A DNA stretch of 64,000 nucleotides, from assembly GCF_963921235.1 (NCBI RefSeq), contig NC_086110.1:9486001-9550000 (forward strand), given 5' to 3'. This document shows, one piece after another, positions 50,925 to 63,990 of this stretch. The position numbers were made by a program, and so were the translations under genes. Position 1 is the first letter of the stretch, and the number at the start of each line of letters is the position of its first letter. The stretch is from Mobula hypostoma. Lineage: Eukaryota. Below the pieces are notes generated by a model. The model was not told the DNA's origin. It saw only the letters and a program-made list of their open reading frames with translations, and did no database searches.

Positions 50925-51100
50925 AGCTTTACAACGTCAGCTCTAGAATCGGGGTTGAATTCCAGTCGCTGTCTATCAGGAATTTTTATGTTCTCCCTGT
51001 AACCGTGTGCTAATGGTGCTCTGGTTTCCTCCTACTTCCAGATAGGATTAGGAAATTGTGAGTATGCTGTGTTGGCGCCGGGGGCGGGACAATACTTGCG
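50925..51100 (+). mobile_element. SINE fragment (tRNA-derived head)
   Basis: B-box-like GGTTGAATTCC followed by a TATGTTCTCCCTGT..GGTTTCCTCC core. Confidence 0.5.
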
Positions 51101-53261
51101 GTCTTCCTTACTGATCTGGTTTTGCGCAAAATGATGCATTTCTCTATATGTTTATATATATATATATATATGTATGTTTCAAATAAAGCCAATCTGTATA
51201 AATTAAAGCAGAAAATTATTTAAACGCTTAGCAGGTAAAATGGCATCTATGTACGGACATACTGACATACGGACATACAGTCAACTTTTCTTGTTAATTG
51301 TACCTTTATCAACTGGATAAACAAATTAATCAGGCTTGTTGCATTCAATCTGGATAAGGCAAGAAGTACAAGCACGATAAGGATGAAAAATTCGGATTTG
51401 ATGGAGACAGCCGTGAGGAGCTCAGAGGAACATCTGGAGTAGCTTCTGAAATGCCTACTTCGCTGCAGCTGCTACTGTGCGATCGAGAATCTCCAGAGAC
51501 GAAGTCCCCAAATCCTCGAATTTGCGTATCACCTGCTGCCGGGGCCGGGGACGAAGTGCTCGGCAGAGATGGTGCTCAGTGCTCGGTGTCGAAGAGGTGG
51601 TCGGAGGCTCTGTGTTTTCGGACGGACTCGGAGTTGGACTGTGGTCAGATGCTTCCAGGATGCTACATCGGCAAGTTGGCGGCGCTGGAGGTTACCGTCT
51701 GCATGAGATGATGGGATTTTTGAGAGACTTTGAGACTTTTACTGTGCCATGGTCTGTTCTTATCAAATTACGGTATTGCTTTGCACCGTTGTAACTATAT
51801 GTTATAATTTTATGGTTTTTGTTAGTTTTTAAGTCGGTTTGTCATGTGTTTTCCATGATATCATTCTGGAAAAACATTGTATCATTTCTTAATACATGCA
51901 TTACTAAATGACAATAAAAGGGGATACGTGTCCTCATAATCATAATCATAATCATAAAAGAATTATGAGAAACGTAGATAGAGTAGATAGACGAAGTCTT
52001 TTTCATCCACAGCAAGCGAGCCTAAAAGAGGAGGGCACAATTTTACAGTGAGAGAGGTAAGATTTTAGGTCATTCTGAGGGACAAGTCTTTCCACGCAGA
52101 GGGTGTTTGGTATATGGATCGAGTTGTCACAGGAGGTTTTAAAGGCCAGAATTCAGAAAGTGATGTACTGCTCTGGAGTAGAAATCCAATAGCCCCTACT
52201 TCCTACTCCAAGTCACGCAATATCCTGAAATTTCATGCATCTCCATTATCGACACGATGTCTTATGGTTCTCTAAGATGTTTTCAAATTCATATCAAATC
52301 AGTTCACGAAGTTACACCTGCTAATTTGAATAGGGCAGTTATGAAGGGACAATTGATGTAACAAGAAAGATGTTGCCTTCATCCCAAGAACAGAGAAGGA
52401 AAGTGTTTATTTACACGAAAGGATAAATGATTACTAAAGCTGGCATGATACTGGGCTGCATGCAAAATTGTCACGTCATCCTATGTCCAATGTTGCATGA
52501 ATAGAAATGTCAGTTTATAGGTAATTGGCCATACTGAAGAAACAGACCTTCAGAAAACCTAAAATTTCTGCGTCATAATTTGAAGCCTGCTGTTCCTCAG
52601 AACGTTTAAATTATAGTCACAAGAGATGACGCAGCCTTTGAAATCTTGACCATGTGTTACCTAAGTTACATAGATCTGACTTACTGAGTGTTCAACGAGA
52701 TCGACGTGGTTAAGTTTAACTTCAGGGATGGGAATATTGATATTCTAGGTTATTCTAGGTTATGTTGATTTGAGTAGAAGGAGAGGAGAAAAGTATTGAA
52801 GTATATAAGACGTCAGGGCCCTCCCCCCTCCAACGCATAAGCAGCATCAAAGTAACAACCCCTCCCCCCACCGAACACTCAAGTGTACTGCAAAGCAACA
52901 ATAAAGACAGAAACTTGCAGAAGCCAAAAGTCTACTTGTTCACCCATAATTCGATATACCGCAGGCTCTCTCTCTTCCTAATAAGGGAAAAAGAAGTATC
53001 CCCGTTTCACAGCGAGAGGAGAGATATAACAAAACAACTCGCAGATTTATGGTGTTAAAAGTCAGTTGCGTGGCTTTTTCCGAGCTCTGTAGCCAAAGAA
53101 CTCTGGTCTCTGGGCACACAGATAGCAGCCAGCTCGCTGCTTTCGATCTTCCGTGTACCGCCACGACACATCAGGCGGCAATATCGGCTTCTAATCAGTT
53201 CTTCTCCAGAGCCACGTAATTCCGGCACCCTGAAGGCGCATTAGTCTTCCAGGAACGATGA

Positions 53262-55935
53262 AATCTGCAGATGCTTGAATTTCAAGCAACACACATTAAA
53301 GTTGCTGGTGAACGCAGCAGGCCAGGCAGCATCTCTAGGAAGAGGTACAGTCGACGTTTCGGGCCGAGACCCTTCGTCAGGACTAACTGAAAGAAGAGCT
53401 AGTAACAGACTTGAAAGTGGGAAGGAGAACGGAAGATCCGAAATAATAGGAGAAGACAGTAGCGGGAGGAATGGAGCCAAGAGCTGGACAGCTGATTGGC
53501 AAAAGGGATATGAGAGGATCATGGGACAGGAGGCCTAGGGAGAAAGAAAAGGGGGAGGGGGGGGAACCCAGAGGATGGGCAAGGGGTCTAGTGAGAGGGA
53601 CAGGAGGAGAAAAGGGACAGAGAGAAAAGGAATTTGTGTAAGTAAATAAATAAATAAATAACGGATGGGGTACGAGGGGGAGGTGGGGCATTAGCGGAAG
53701 TTTGAGAAGTCAATGTTCATGCCATCAGTTTGGAGGCTACCCAGACGGAATATAAGGTATTGTTCCTCCAACCTGAGTGTGGCTTCATCTTTACTGTAGA
53801 GGAGGCCGTGGATAGACATATCAGAATATGTCAAAGCCGAAGTATATAGGGACTGGACAACCATGGTGAAAATACAGCGGTGGGGGCCAGGGAACCTAAA
53901 ATCATTGAAAAGTTTCAGAGCGTGAGAAGTGTCACGAACATAGGTAGGAAGGGATTGAACAAAGGCGGACAAAACAGCGTCGAGGTATGCAGAAATGAGC
54001 TCGGTGGGGCAGAAGCAAGCTGAGACAATGGGACTACCTGGACAGGCAGGTTTGTGGATCTTAGGTAGGAAGTAGAAACAAGTAGTGCGGGGTGTGGGAA
54101 CTATAAGGTTGGTAGCAGTGGATCGGAGATCCCCTGAGCGGATAAGGTCGGTGATTCTGTGGGAGACAATGGATGCTTTATTTTCACCATAGATGTCCAG
54201 TCCCTATAACCTTCCATCCCCCATCAGGAAGGTCTCAAAGCTCTCCGCTTCTGTTTGGATTCCACCTAACTAGTTCCCCTCTACCACCCCTCTGCTCCGT
54301 CTAGTGGAATTAGTCCTTACTCTTAATAATTTATCCTTTGGCTCCTCCCACTCCGCCAAACTAAAGGTGTAGCCATGGGCACCCGTATGGGTCCCAGCTA
54401 TGCCTGCCTTTTGGTTGGCTTGTGGAACAATCTATGTTCCAAGCCTAGTCTGGTATCTGTCCCCCTCTTTTCCTTCGCTACATCGATGACTGAATTGGCA
54501 CTGCTTCCGGCACGCATGCTGAGCTCGTTGACTTCATTAACTTTGCCTCCAACTTTCACCCTGCCCTCAAGTTTACCTGGTCCATTTCCGACACCTCCCT
54601 CCCCTTTCTAGATCTTTCTGTCTTTTTCTCTGGAGACAGCTTATATACCGATGTCTACTATAAGCTACTGTCTCTCATAGCTATCGGGACTATTCCTCTT
54701 CTCACCCTTTTTCTTGCAATATTGCCATCCCCTTCTCGCAATTCCTCCTTCTCCGCCGCATCCGCTCTCAGGATGAGGCTTTTCATTCCAGGACGAAGGC
54801 GTTGTCTTCCTTTTTTAAAGAAAGGGGATTCCCTTCCTCCACCATCAACTTTGCTCTCAAACGCATCTCGCCCATTTCACACACATCCGCCACCCCACTA
54901 GAAATTGGATCCGCTTGTCTTCACCTACCACCTCACCAGCCTCCGGTTCCAACATATAATTCTCCGTAACTTCTGCCACCTCCAACGGGATCCCCCCACT
55001 AAGCACATCTTTCCCTCCCCCATCTCTCTGCTTTCCGCAGGGATTGCTCCCTAAGCGACTCCCTTGTCCATTCGTCCCCCCATCCCTCCCCACCGATCTC
55101 CCTCCTGGCACTTATCCTTGTAAGCAGAACAAGTGCTACACATGCCCTTACACTTCCTCCCTCACTAACATTCAGGGCCCCAGACAGTCCTTGTAGGTGA
55201 GGCAGCACTTCACCTGTGAGTGGGCTGGAGTCATATACTGCGTCCGGTGCTCGCGATGCGGCCTTCTATATATTGGCGAGACCCGACGCAGACTGGGAGA
55301 TCGTTTCGCTGAACACATACGCTCTGTCCGCCAGAGAAAGCAGGATCTCCCAGTGGCCACACATTTTGATTCCACGTCCCATTCCCATTCTGACATGTCT
55401 ATCCACGGCCTCCTCTATTGTCAAGATGAAGCAACACACAGGTTGGAGGAACAACACTTTATATTCCGTCTGGGTAGGCTCCAACCTGATGGCATGAACA
55501 TTGACTTCTCAAACATCCACTAATGCCCCACCTCCCCCTCGTACCCCATCCGTTAGTTATTTATTAATTTATATACACAAATTCTTTTTCTCTCACTCCT
55601 TTTTCTCCCTCTCTCCCTCTCACTAGACCCCTTGCCCATCCTCTGGGCTTCCCCCGCCCCCGCTTTTCTTTCTCCCTAGGCCTCCTGTCCCATGATCCTC
55701 TCATATCCTTTTCGCCAATCAACTGTCCAGCTCTTGGCTCCATCCCTCCTCCTCCTGTCTTCTCCCATCATTTCCGATCTCGCCCTCCCCCTCCCTCGTT
55801 CAAATCTCTTACTAACTCTTCTCTCAGTTAGTCCTGACAAAGGGTCTCGGCCAGAAACGTCGACTGTACCTCTTTCTAGAGATGCTGCCTGGCCTGCTGC
55901 GTTCACCAGCAACTTTTATGTATGTTGCTTAGTTT
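53262..55935. mobile_element. Penelope-like element pair in inverted orientation (RT + GIY-YIG)
   Basis: Plus copy 54170-55935 with GVAMGTRMGPSYA and IYCVRCSRCGLLYIGET; minus copy 53262-54168, internally deleted. Confidence 0.88.
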
Positions 55936-56189
55936 TCCAGGCTGGGTCTTTAGCATCTCGAAATGCGGCCGGTAGTGAAGCCCTGAGAGCGGGTCCCATT
56001 TCCGCAAAGAACCGAAGTCAGCGCGTAACTCCAGGTCAGGGTCTTCAAAGGAACATTGAAAGGGGGAAAAAAGCTATCAAAGATAGAAATAATGTTGTTT
56101 CCGAAGATACAAGCAGTCGTATTAGGCGCCACTATCCTCCTAAGCTCCTAAGTGGCATGATTCTGAGTATTTTTTTTCTGCTACACAGA

Positions 56190-56850
56190 CCATGTTGGGT
56201 GCAAGTTCAGAGCTTCCTAGAAGTGCCAACATGAATGAATCGTGTGGTTAAGAAGGTGCAATACATTTTGTCTGCATTGGTCATGGCATTGAATATGGAA
56301 GTTGGCAGGTCATGTCGCAGCGGTGCAAAATGTAACACAACTTTAGCTTATTATGTGCAGTTGCGGTTGCTCCATTACGTGAAGAATGTGATGGCTTTGA
56401 TGAGGGTGCAGAAAAGTTTCGCAAGGTGCTGCCTGGATCCGAGAATACCAATTAAAAGGAGAAATTGGACATACTTCACTTGTTTTCTCTGGAACTTCGG
56501 AGGTTGAGTATGAACCTAATAGAAGTATATACAATAATGCGAGTTATTGGTAAGTTCGATTGATTACATTTCCCCTGTATGGATACAATAAGTACTAAAA
56601 GGCACTCATTTAATGTGACAGAGATTTATAAAAGACATTTGGATTAAGAGGTGTTTTAAATACTTGTTGGTGGCTGGAACTTGCTTCCACAGCGAGGTAT
56701 TAGAAACAGATAATATGACAATGTTTACGTTACGAAACATAAATGGATAGGAAATGTGAACATTTGCACTTGCAGGAATTGGTTAGGTTAGCACCATTAT
56801 CGGCGCAGCCATTGTGTGCTGAATGGTCTGTCCTGTGCCGCACCTTATGT
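56190..56850 (+). mobile_element. Degraded CR1 3' fragment
   Basis: Decayed RT C-terminus and tail. Confidence 0.6.
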
Positions 56851-56864
56851 ACTTGATGAATGAG

Positions 56865-57581
56865 GCTGGGGCCCAAGCCTCGCGGATCCCGCGGCCAAGC
56901 TCCTAACCTGCAAGCCAAGCTCAAGACCCAAGACCCCAGCCTGCAAGCCAAGCTCAAGACCCAAGACTCCAGCCTGCAAGCCAAGCTCAAGACCCAAGAC
57001 CCCAGCCTCAAGCCAGGCTCAAGACCCAAGACCCCAGCCTCAAGCCAAGCTCAAGACCCAAGACCCCAGCCTCAAGCCAAGCTCAAGACCCAAGACCCCA
57101 GCCTGCAAGCCAAGCTCAAGACCCAAGACCCCAGCCTCAAGCCAAGCTCAAGACCCAAGACCCCAGCCTCAAGCCAAGCTCGAGACCCAAGACCCCAGCC
57201 TGCAAGCCAAGCTCAAGACCCAAGACCCCAGCCTGCAAGCCAAGCTCAAGACCCAAGACCCCAGCCTCAAGCCAAGCACAGGCCTCTAGACCCCAGCCAT
57301 CCTGTCATGAAGCCATGTCATGTCCTTGCCTGGTTCTGGGGTCCGAGCCCGAGGCAAGACCCAGGTTCTGGGTTCTTGTCCAGTCTCGGGCTCGGAGTCC
57401 AAGCCTTGTCTCCAAGTCCATGGTTCCAAGTCCTGGTCCAGCTTTCCCTAGCCCAAGTCTGCGTTCTTGTCCCTGCTCCTGGGTCTGAATCATGTCATGT
57501 CCCTACTCTAGTCAAGTCCTGTTCATTGTACTTCAGTGTCTGTGTCTCGCATTTGGGTCTGTTCCCAGACCGTATGTGACA
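56865..57581 (+). mobile_element. 5'-truncated LTR of the 47213 family with a minisatellite
   Basis: Right end CTGTGTCTCGCATTTGGGTCTG...TGTGACA; tandem CAAGCCAAGCTCAAGACCCAAGACCCCAGCCT units at 56890-57290; left end absent. Confidence 0.8.
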
Positions 57582-59977
57582 CTCGCTAACTTCCACAGCC
57601 TCCAGGCATATCTTCCCACCTTTATCTCCAATCTGTCCTACCTTCACTCCTGTCATCCTTTTGTTCTTCACATAATTGAAGAATGCCTTGGGGTTTTCCT
57701 TTACCCTACTCGCCAAGGCTTTCTCGCTCCGCCTTCTTGCTCTCCTCAGCCACTTCATAAGCTCCTTTCTTGCTACCCTATATTTCTCAATAGATCCATC
57801 TGTTCCTTGCTTCCTAAACCTCGTGTCTGCTGCCTTCTTCCACCTGACTAGATTCTACACCTCACTTGTCACCCATGGTTCCTTCACCCTACCATTCTTT
57901 ATCTTCCTCACCGGGACAAATTTATCCCTGACATCCTGTAAGAGATCCCTAAACATCGACCAAATGTCCATAGTACATTTCCCTGCAAAGACATCATCCC
58001 AATTCACACCCGCAAGTTCTAGCCTTATAGCCTCATAATTTTCCCTTTCCCAATTACAAATCTTCCTGTCCTCTCTGATTCTATCCTTTTCCATGACAAT
58101 GTTAAAGGCCAGGGACAGGTAGTCACTGTCCCCCAGATATTCACGCACTGAGAGATCTGTGACCTGGCCTGGTTCGTTACCTGATACTAAATCTAGTATG
58201 GCATTCCCCCTGGTCGGCCCGTCAACATACTGTGACAGGAATCCGTCCTGGACGCAGTTAACAAACTCTGCCCCGTCTAAACCATTGGAACTAATCAGGT
58301 GCCAATCAATACTCGGGAAGTTAAAGCTACCCATGATAACAACCCTGTCATTTTTGCACCTTTCCAAAATCTGTCTCCCAATCTGCTCCTCAGTATCTCT
58401 GCTGCTACGAGGGGACCTATAGAATACTCGCGATAGAGTAACTGCTCCCTTCCTGTTCCTGCCTTCTACCCATACTGACTCAAAAGAGGATCCTGCTACA
58501 ATACCCATCCTTTCGTTAGCCATAATAGTATCCTTGATCAGTTATACCACTCCTCATCCCCCTTCACCCCTCTCTGTCCCTTTTAAAGCCATGAAATCCA
58601 GGAATATTGAGAATCCATTCCTGCCCTGGTGCCAGCCAAGTCTCTGTAATGGCCACTTCATCATAATTCCATGTATGTATCCAAGCTCTCTGTTCATCAT
58701 CTTTGTTCCTGATGCTTCTTGCATTGAAGTACACGCACTTTATCCCTTCTACCTTACTACCCTTACACCCTTTATTCTGTTTCTCTTTCCTCAAAGCCTC
58801 TTCTTATGTTAGATCTGGCTTTCCTTCATGTACAGTTCCCTCATGACCTTTATCCTCCTCCACCTCACTATCTACTCTAACACTCTTGTTCCCCTCCCCC
58901 TGCAAATCTAGTTTAAACCCCTCGGAGCAGCACTGGCAAACCTTCCTGCATGGATGTTAGTCCCTCTCTAGTTCAGGTGCAACCCGCCCCGTTGGAACAG
59001 GTCCCACCTTCTCTGGAACAACGCCCAATTGTCCAGAAACATAAAGCCCTGCCTCCTGCACCAACTCCTTAACCACGTATTTAGCTGCAATATCTTCCTA
59101 TTTCTAGCCTCACCAGCACGTGGCACGGGTAGCAATCCTGAGATTGCAACACTGGAGGTGATGTCCTTCAACTTTGCACCTAACTCCCTAAATTGTCCTC
59201 GCAGGACCTCCTCCTTCTTCCTATCCACGGTATTAGTCCCTACATGGATCACGACATCTGGCTGCTCACCCTCCCTGTTGAGAATACTGAGAACTCGATC
59301 GGAGATATCGCAGACCCTGGCACCAGGGAGGCAACAGACCATTCGGGATTCTCGATCTCTTCCATAGAACCTCTTACCTGTCCCCTTAACTATCGAATCC
59401 CCTATCAATACCGCTCTCCTTTTTTCCCTCCTTCCTTTCTGAGCTGAGGGTCCAGTCTCGGTGCCAGAGACGCATCCACTGCAACTTATCCCGGCAGGTC
59501 ATCCCCTCTAACAGTCTCCAAAACGGTATACTTATTATTGATCATTCTGTCTATTCCCGTTCCCACTCCTGACAGTCAGGCAGCTACCTGCCTCCTGACT
59601 TGTAGGGGTGACTAATTCCCTGTAACTCCTGTTTGTTTCTGCCTCTGCCTCACGAATTATCCGAAGTTCATCCAGCTCCAGCTCCAGTTCCCTAACTTGG
59701 TTTGTCAGGAGCTGCAGCTGGATGCACCTTTCACAGGAGTAGTCATCAGGGACAATTGTGCTCGACCTGACTTCCCACATTCTGCAAACGGAGCACGCGA
59801 CTGCACTAACTGCTGCCTCTATTACTTACTCCTAACTTAATTGGAGTAATTAAAGGAATTTACCCGGCCTTACCTCACTGGGAGGAGGTCCGTTCTCAGC
59901 CTCTGCTCGACGAAGCCTCCCGAGCCAAAGCCTTCCTACTCCGTCTCCCGCTACTACGTCGTCCGCTCCGTTCTTTG
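57582..59977 (-). mobile_element. CR1 LINE 5' half (5'UTR, ORF1, endonuclease) inserted in paralog exon 6
   Basis: ORF1 C..C/leucine-rich region (59535-59800), GDSIV..GTN..GLHLN esterase-like domain (58968-59408), EN FYRSP..GSFNFP (57855-58523); RT half missing. Confidence 0.9.
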
Positions 59978-59984
59978 CTTCAAC
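59874..59984 (-). pseudogene. Paralog exon 6 disrupted by CR1; possible host/LINE chimeric exon
   Basis: Acceptor atttctggcccag|GTTGAAG matches gene-1 exon 6 for 7 nt, then LINE 5'UTR; GAG|GTAAGG donor at 59874 gives 111 nt, phase 0-0. Confidence 0.7.
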
Positions 59985-60304
59985 CTGGGCCAGAAATGAT
60001 AGTATTTTATTTAACTGTATAATGCTGTACAAATATCTGGTGATCAGTCAGTGAGCAGACTGGCCTAGATTTCATTTAAATATTGAAAACAGAACTGATA
60101 AATCTAATGCTATCCGAATTGAATAGGCTCTGGCTAGAATATATATTTGAATTATTCATGTCGATTTTATTAATTCAGTCAGCATCAGTAAGTGTAATAA
60201 CTGTCTCTAAGCATAAATATTAGATTTGTGCACATTTGTCATCCAAGTACTTTATGAACAATTTTAACAATTTATTTTTCTCTTCCTATATCCACTCATG
60301 GCGA

Positions 60305-61335
60305 CGTCACAACTACCATCAAGTAACTGTGCTTGCAACACTGTGTGTCCGACAGAGTGATCAGCAGCACTGGGGCTCCACAGGGGACTGTCTTGTCTCC
60401 CTTTCTCTTCACCATTTACACCTCAGACTTCAACTACTGCACAGAATCTTGTCATCTTCAGAAGTTTTCGGATGACTCTGCCATAGTTGGATGCGTCAGC
60501 AAGGGAGATGAGGCTGAGTACAGGGCTACGGTAGAAAACTTTGTCACATGGTGTGAGCAGAATTATCTGCAGCTTAATGTGAAAAAGACTAAGGATCTGG
60601 TGGTAGACCTGAGGAAAGAAAAGGTACAGGTGACCCCTGTTTCCATCCAGGGAGTCAGTGTGGACATGGTGGATGATTACAAATACCTGGGGATACGAAT
60701 TGACAATACAGTGGACTGGTCAAAGAACACTGAGGCTGTCTACAAGAAGGGTCAGAGCCGTCTCTATTTCCTGAGGAGACTGAGGTCCTTTAACATCTGC
60801 AGGACGATGCTGAGGATGTTCTACGAGTCTGTGGTGGTCAGTGCTATCATGTTTGCTGTTGTGTGCGGGGGCAGCAGGTTGAGGGTGGCAGACACCAACA
60901 GAATCAACAAACTCATTCGTAAGGCCAGTGATGTTGTGGGGATGGAACTGGACTCTCTCACGGTGGTGTCTGAGAAGAAGATGCTGTCTAAGTTGCATGC
61001 CATCTTGGTCAATGTCTCCCATCCACTACATAATATACTGGGTGGGCACAGGAGTATATTCAGCCAGAGACTCATTCCACCGAAATGCAGCTCTGAGTGT
61101 CATAGGAAGTCATTCCTGCCTGCGGCCATCAAACTTTACAACTCCTCCCTTGGAGGGTCAGACACCCTCAGCTAATAGGCTGGTCCTGGACTTATTTCAT
61201 AATTTACTGGCATAATTTACATATTATTATTTAAGGTTCTATTGCTATTTATTATTTATGGAGCAACTGTAACGAAAACCAATTTCCCCCGGGATTAATA
61301 AAGTATGACTATTACTACTACTACTACTGCTACTA
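60305..61335 (+). mobile_element. Rex1/Babar-like LINE 3' fragment in paralog intron 5
   Basis: Open 280-aa ORF 60333-61175 with GAPQGTVLSPFLF and FSDD; (CTA)n tail. Confidence 0.85.
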
Positions 61336-61472
61336 CTGTACAAACAAGACTAAAATGATCCGTCGCAGAGAATGTTACTTTAAGAAAGAGTTCCGACATG
61401 CTATCCACCTCATTGCTATATTTACTGAGATTTAAAACGCATTCATGAATTTTAAAAAAAACACACACGTAC

Positions 61473-61513
61473 CAAATCTTCATGGTCGGCAGTATCAGTA
61501 TCTCCGTGCTTAA
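61473..61513 (-). CDS. Paralog exon 5 (KHGDTDTADHEDL)
   Basis: 40/41 nt identical to 16000-16040; intact tttctag acceptor and gtacgt donor; flanking introns alignable. Confidence 0.8.
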
Positions 61514-61654
61514 CTAGAAATAAATGGCATTTATTTTTATCTAATATTTTTAATTCCTATTCCACATCCACGAATGACCGATATAAGCAGAACATAACGT
61601 TACACTTACGTGTGGGGAAAGTTGTGAGAAATAGAACTGAGCTCTGAAAAAATA

Positions 61655-63840
61655 CAGAACATAAAACATAGAACATAGAATAGTACAGCACAGTACAGAC
61701 CCATCCGCTCACAATGTTGTGCCGACCCTCAAACCCTAACTCCCATATAACTCCCACCTTAAATTCCTCCATATACCTGTATCACAGCCTCTTAAACTTC
61801 ACTAGTGTATCTACCTCCACTACTGAAACAGGCAGTGCATTCCACGCACCAACCACTCTCTGAGTTAAAAAACCTTCCTCTAATATTCCCCTTGAAATTC
61901 CCAACGCTTACCTTAAAGCCATGTCCTCTTGTATTGAGCTGCGGTGCCAAGGGGAGGAGGCGCTAGCTATCCACTCTATCTATCCCTCTTAATATCTTGT
62001 ACACCTCTATCATGTCTCCTCTCATCATCCTCCTCTCCAAAGAATAAAGCCCTAGCTCCCTTAATCTCTGATCATAATTCATACTCTCTAAACCAGGCAG
62101 CATCCTGGTAAATCTCCTCTATACCCTTTCCATTGCTTCCACATCCTTCCTATAGTGAGGCGAACACAACTGGACACAGTACTCTAAGTGTGGCCGAACC
62201 AGAGTTTTATAGAGCTGCATCATTACCTCGCGACACTTAAACTCTATCACTCGACATATGAAAGCTAACACCGCATAAGCTTTCTTAACGACCCTATGTT
62301 CACGTGAGGCAACTTTCAGGGATCTGTGGACATGTACCCCCTGATCCCTCTGCTCCTCCACACCACCAAGTATCCTGCCATTTACTTTGTACTCTGCCTT
62401 GGAGTTTGTCCTTTCAAAGTGTACCACCTCACACTTCTCCGGTTTGAACTCCATCTGCCAATTGTCAGCCCACTTCTGCATCCTATAAATGTCTCTGTGC
62501 AATTTTCGACAATCCTCTACTATCCACAACACCACCAACCTCTGTGTCGTCTGCAAACTTGCCAACCCACCCGTCTACCCCCACATCCAGGTCGTTAATA
62601 AAAATCGCAAAAGTAGAGGTCCCAGAACCGACCGTTGTGGGGCACCACTAGTCACAACCCTCCAATCCAAATGTACTCCCAGCACCACGACCCTCTGCCT
62701 TCTGCAGGCAAGCCAATTCTGCATCCACCTGGCCAAAATTCCCTGGATCCCATACCTTCTGCCTTTCTGAATAAGCCTACCGTGTGGAAGCTTATTATAT
62801 GCCTTACTAAATTCCGTGTAGATCACATCCACTGCACTTCCCTCATCTATATGCCTGGTCACCTCCTGAAAGAACACTATCAGGCTAGTTAGATACGATC
62901 CGCCCTTCAGAACGCCATACTGACTGTCCCTGATCAGACCATGATTCTCTAAATGCCCATAGATCCTACCTCTAAGAATATTTTCCAACAACTTTCCCAT
63001 AACTGACGACAGGCTCACTGGTCTATAATCACCCGGACTATCCCTACTACCTTTTTTGAACATGGGACAACATTTGCCTCCCTCCAATCCTCCGGTACCA
63101 CACCCGTGGACAACGAGGACATAAATAGCCTAGACAGAGGCTCAGCAATCTCTTCCCTCGTCTCGTGAAGCAGCCAGGGGAATATTCCGTTAGGCCCTGG
63201 GGACTTATCCGTCCTAATGTATTTTAACAACTCCAACACCTCCTCTCCCTTAATATCAACATGCTGCAGAACATCAACCTCACTCATATTGTCCTCACCG
63301 TCATCCAGTTCCCTCTCAATGGTGAATACCGAAAAGAAGTATTCATTGAGGACCTCGCTCACTTCCATAGCCTCCAGGCATATCTTCCCACCTTTATCTC
63401 TAATCAGTACTACCTTCACTCCAGTCATTCTTTTTTTCTTCACATAATTGGGGTTTACACAAATCTTGGGGTTTTCCTTTACCCTACTCGCCAAGGCCTT
63501 CTCATGCCCCCTTCCTGCTCTCCTCAGCCCCTTAAGCTCCTTTCTTGCTACCCTATATTCCTCAATAGACCCCTCTGACCATTCCTTCCTGAACCTCACG
63601 TATGCTGCCTTCTTCCACCTGACTAGATTCACCGCCTCACTTGTCACCCGTTGTTCCTTCACCCGACCATTCTTTATCTTCCTCACCGGGACAAATTTAT
63701 CCCTAAGGGATCCAAGAGATCCCTATGAGATGCAAGAGATCCCTAAATATCGACCACATGTCCATTGTACATTTCCCTGCAAAACATCATCCCAATTCAC
63801 AACCGCAAGTTCTAGCCTTATAATTTGCCCTTCCCCAATT
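61655..63840 (-). mobile_element. CR1 LINE fragments in paralog intron 4
   Basis: RT motifs in minus ORFs 62119-63686; 3' tail near 61660-61740. Confidence 0.9.
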
Positions 63841-63904
63841 AAAAAGGGTCGCATTAACTCGAAATTGTTGTTTCTTACAATGAGCAGCATAGATATTAAG
63901 AGCG

Positions 63905-63990
63905 GCGACGATCCATTAAGCCTTTTACAGAATCTTTGATCAAAATATCCATCCACAGCATCGAGGAAAATCAATGAGTGAACATCAACT
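63905..63990 (-). other. Paralogous intron-4 sequence
   Basis: TTAAGCCTTTTACAGAATCTTTGAT..CAGCATCGAGGAAAATCAATGAGTGAACAT aligns to 16232-16300. Confidence 0.8.

Noticed and set aside
56730-57579. 239-aa Pro/Gln/Lys repeat ORF
   Set aside because: Translation of the minisatellite in the truncated LTR.
57590-58080. Similarity to 63300-63830 as a segmental duplication
   Set aside because: Both are copies of the same CR1 subfamily, and the similarity does not extend into unique DNA.
60333-61175. Domesticated reverse transcriptase gene
   Set aside because: 5'-truncated LINE with a simple-repeat tail; the open frame is explained by a young insertion.
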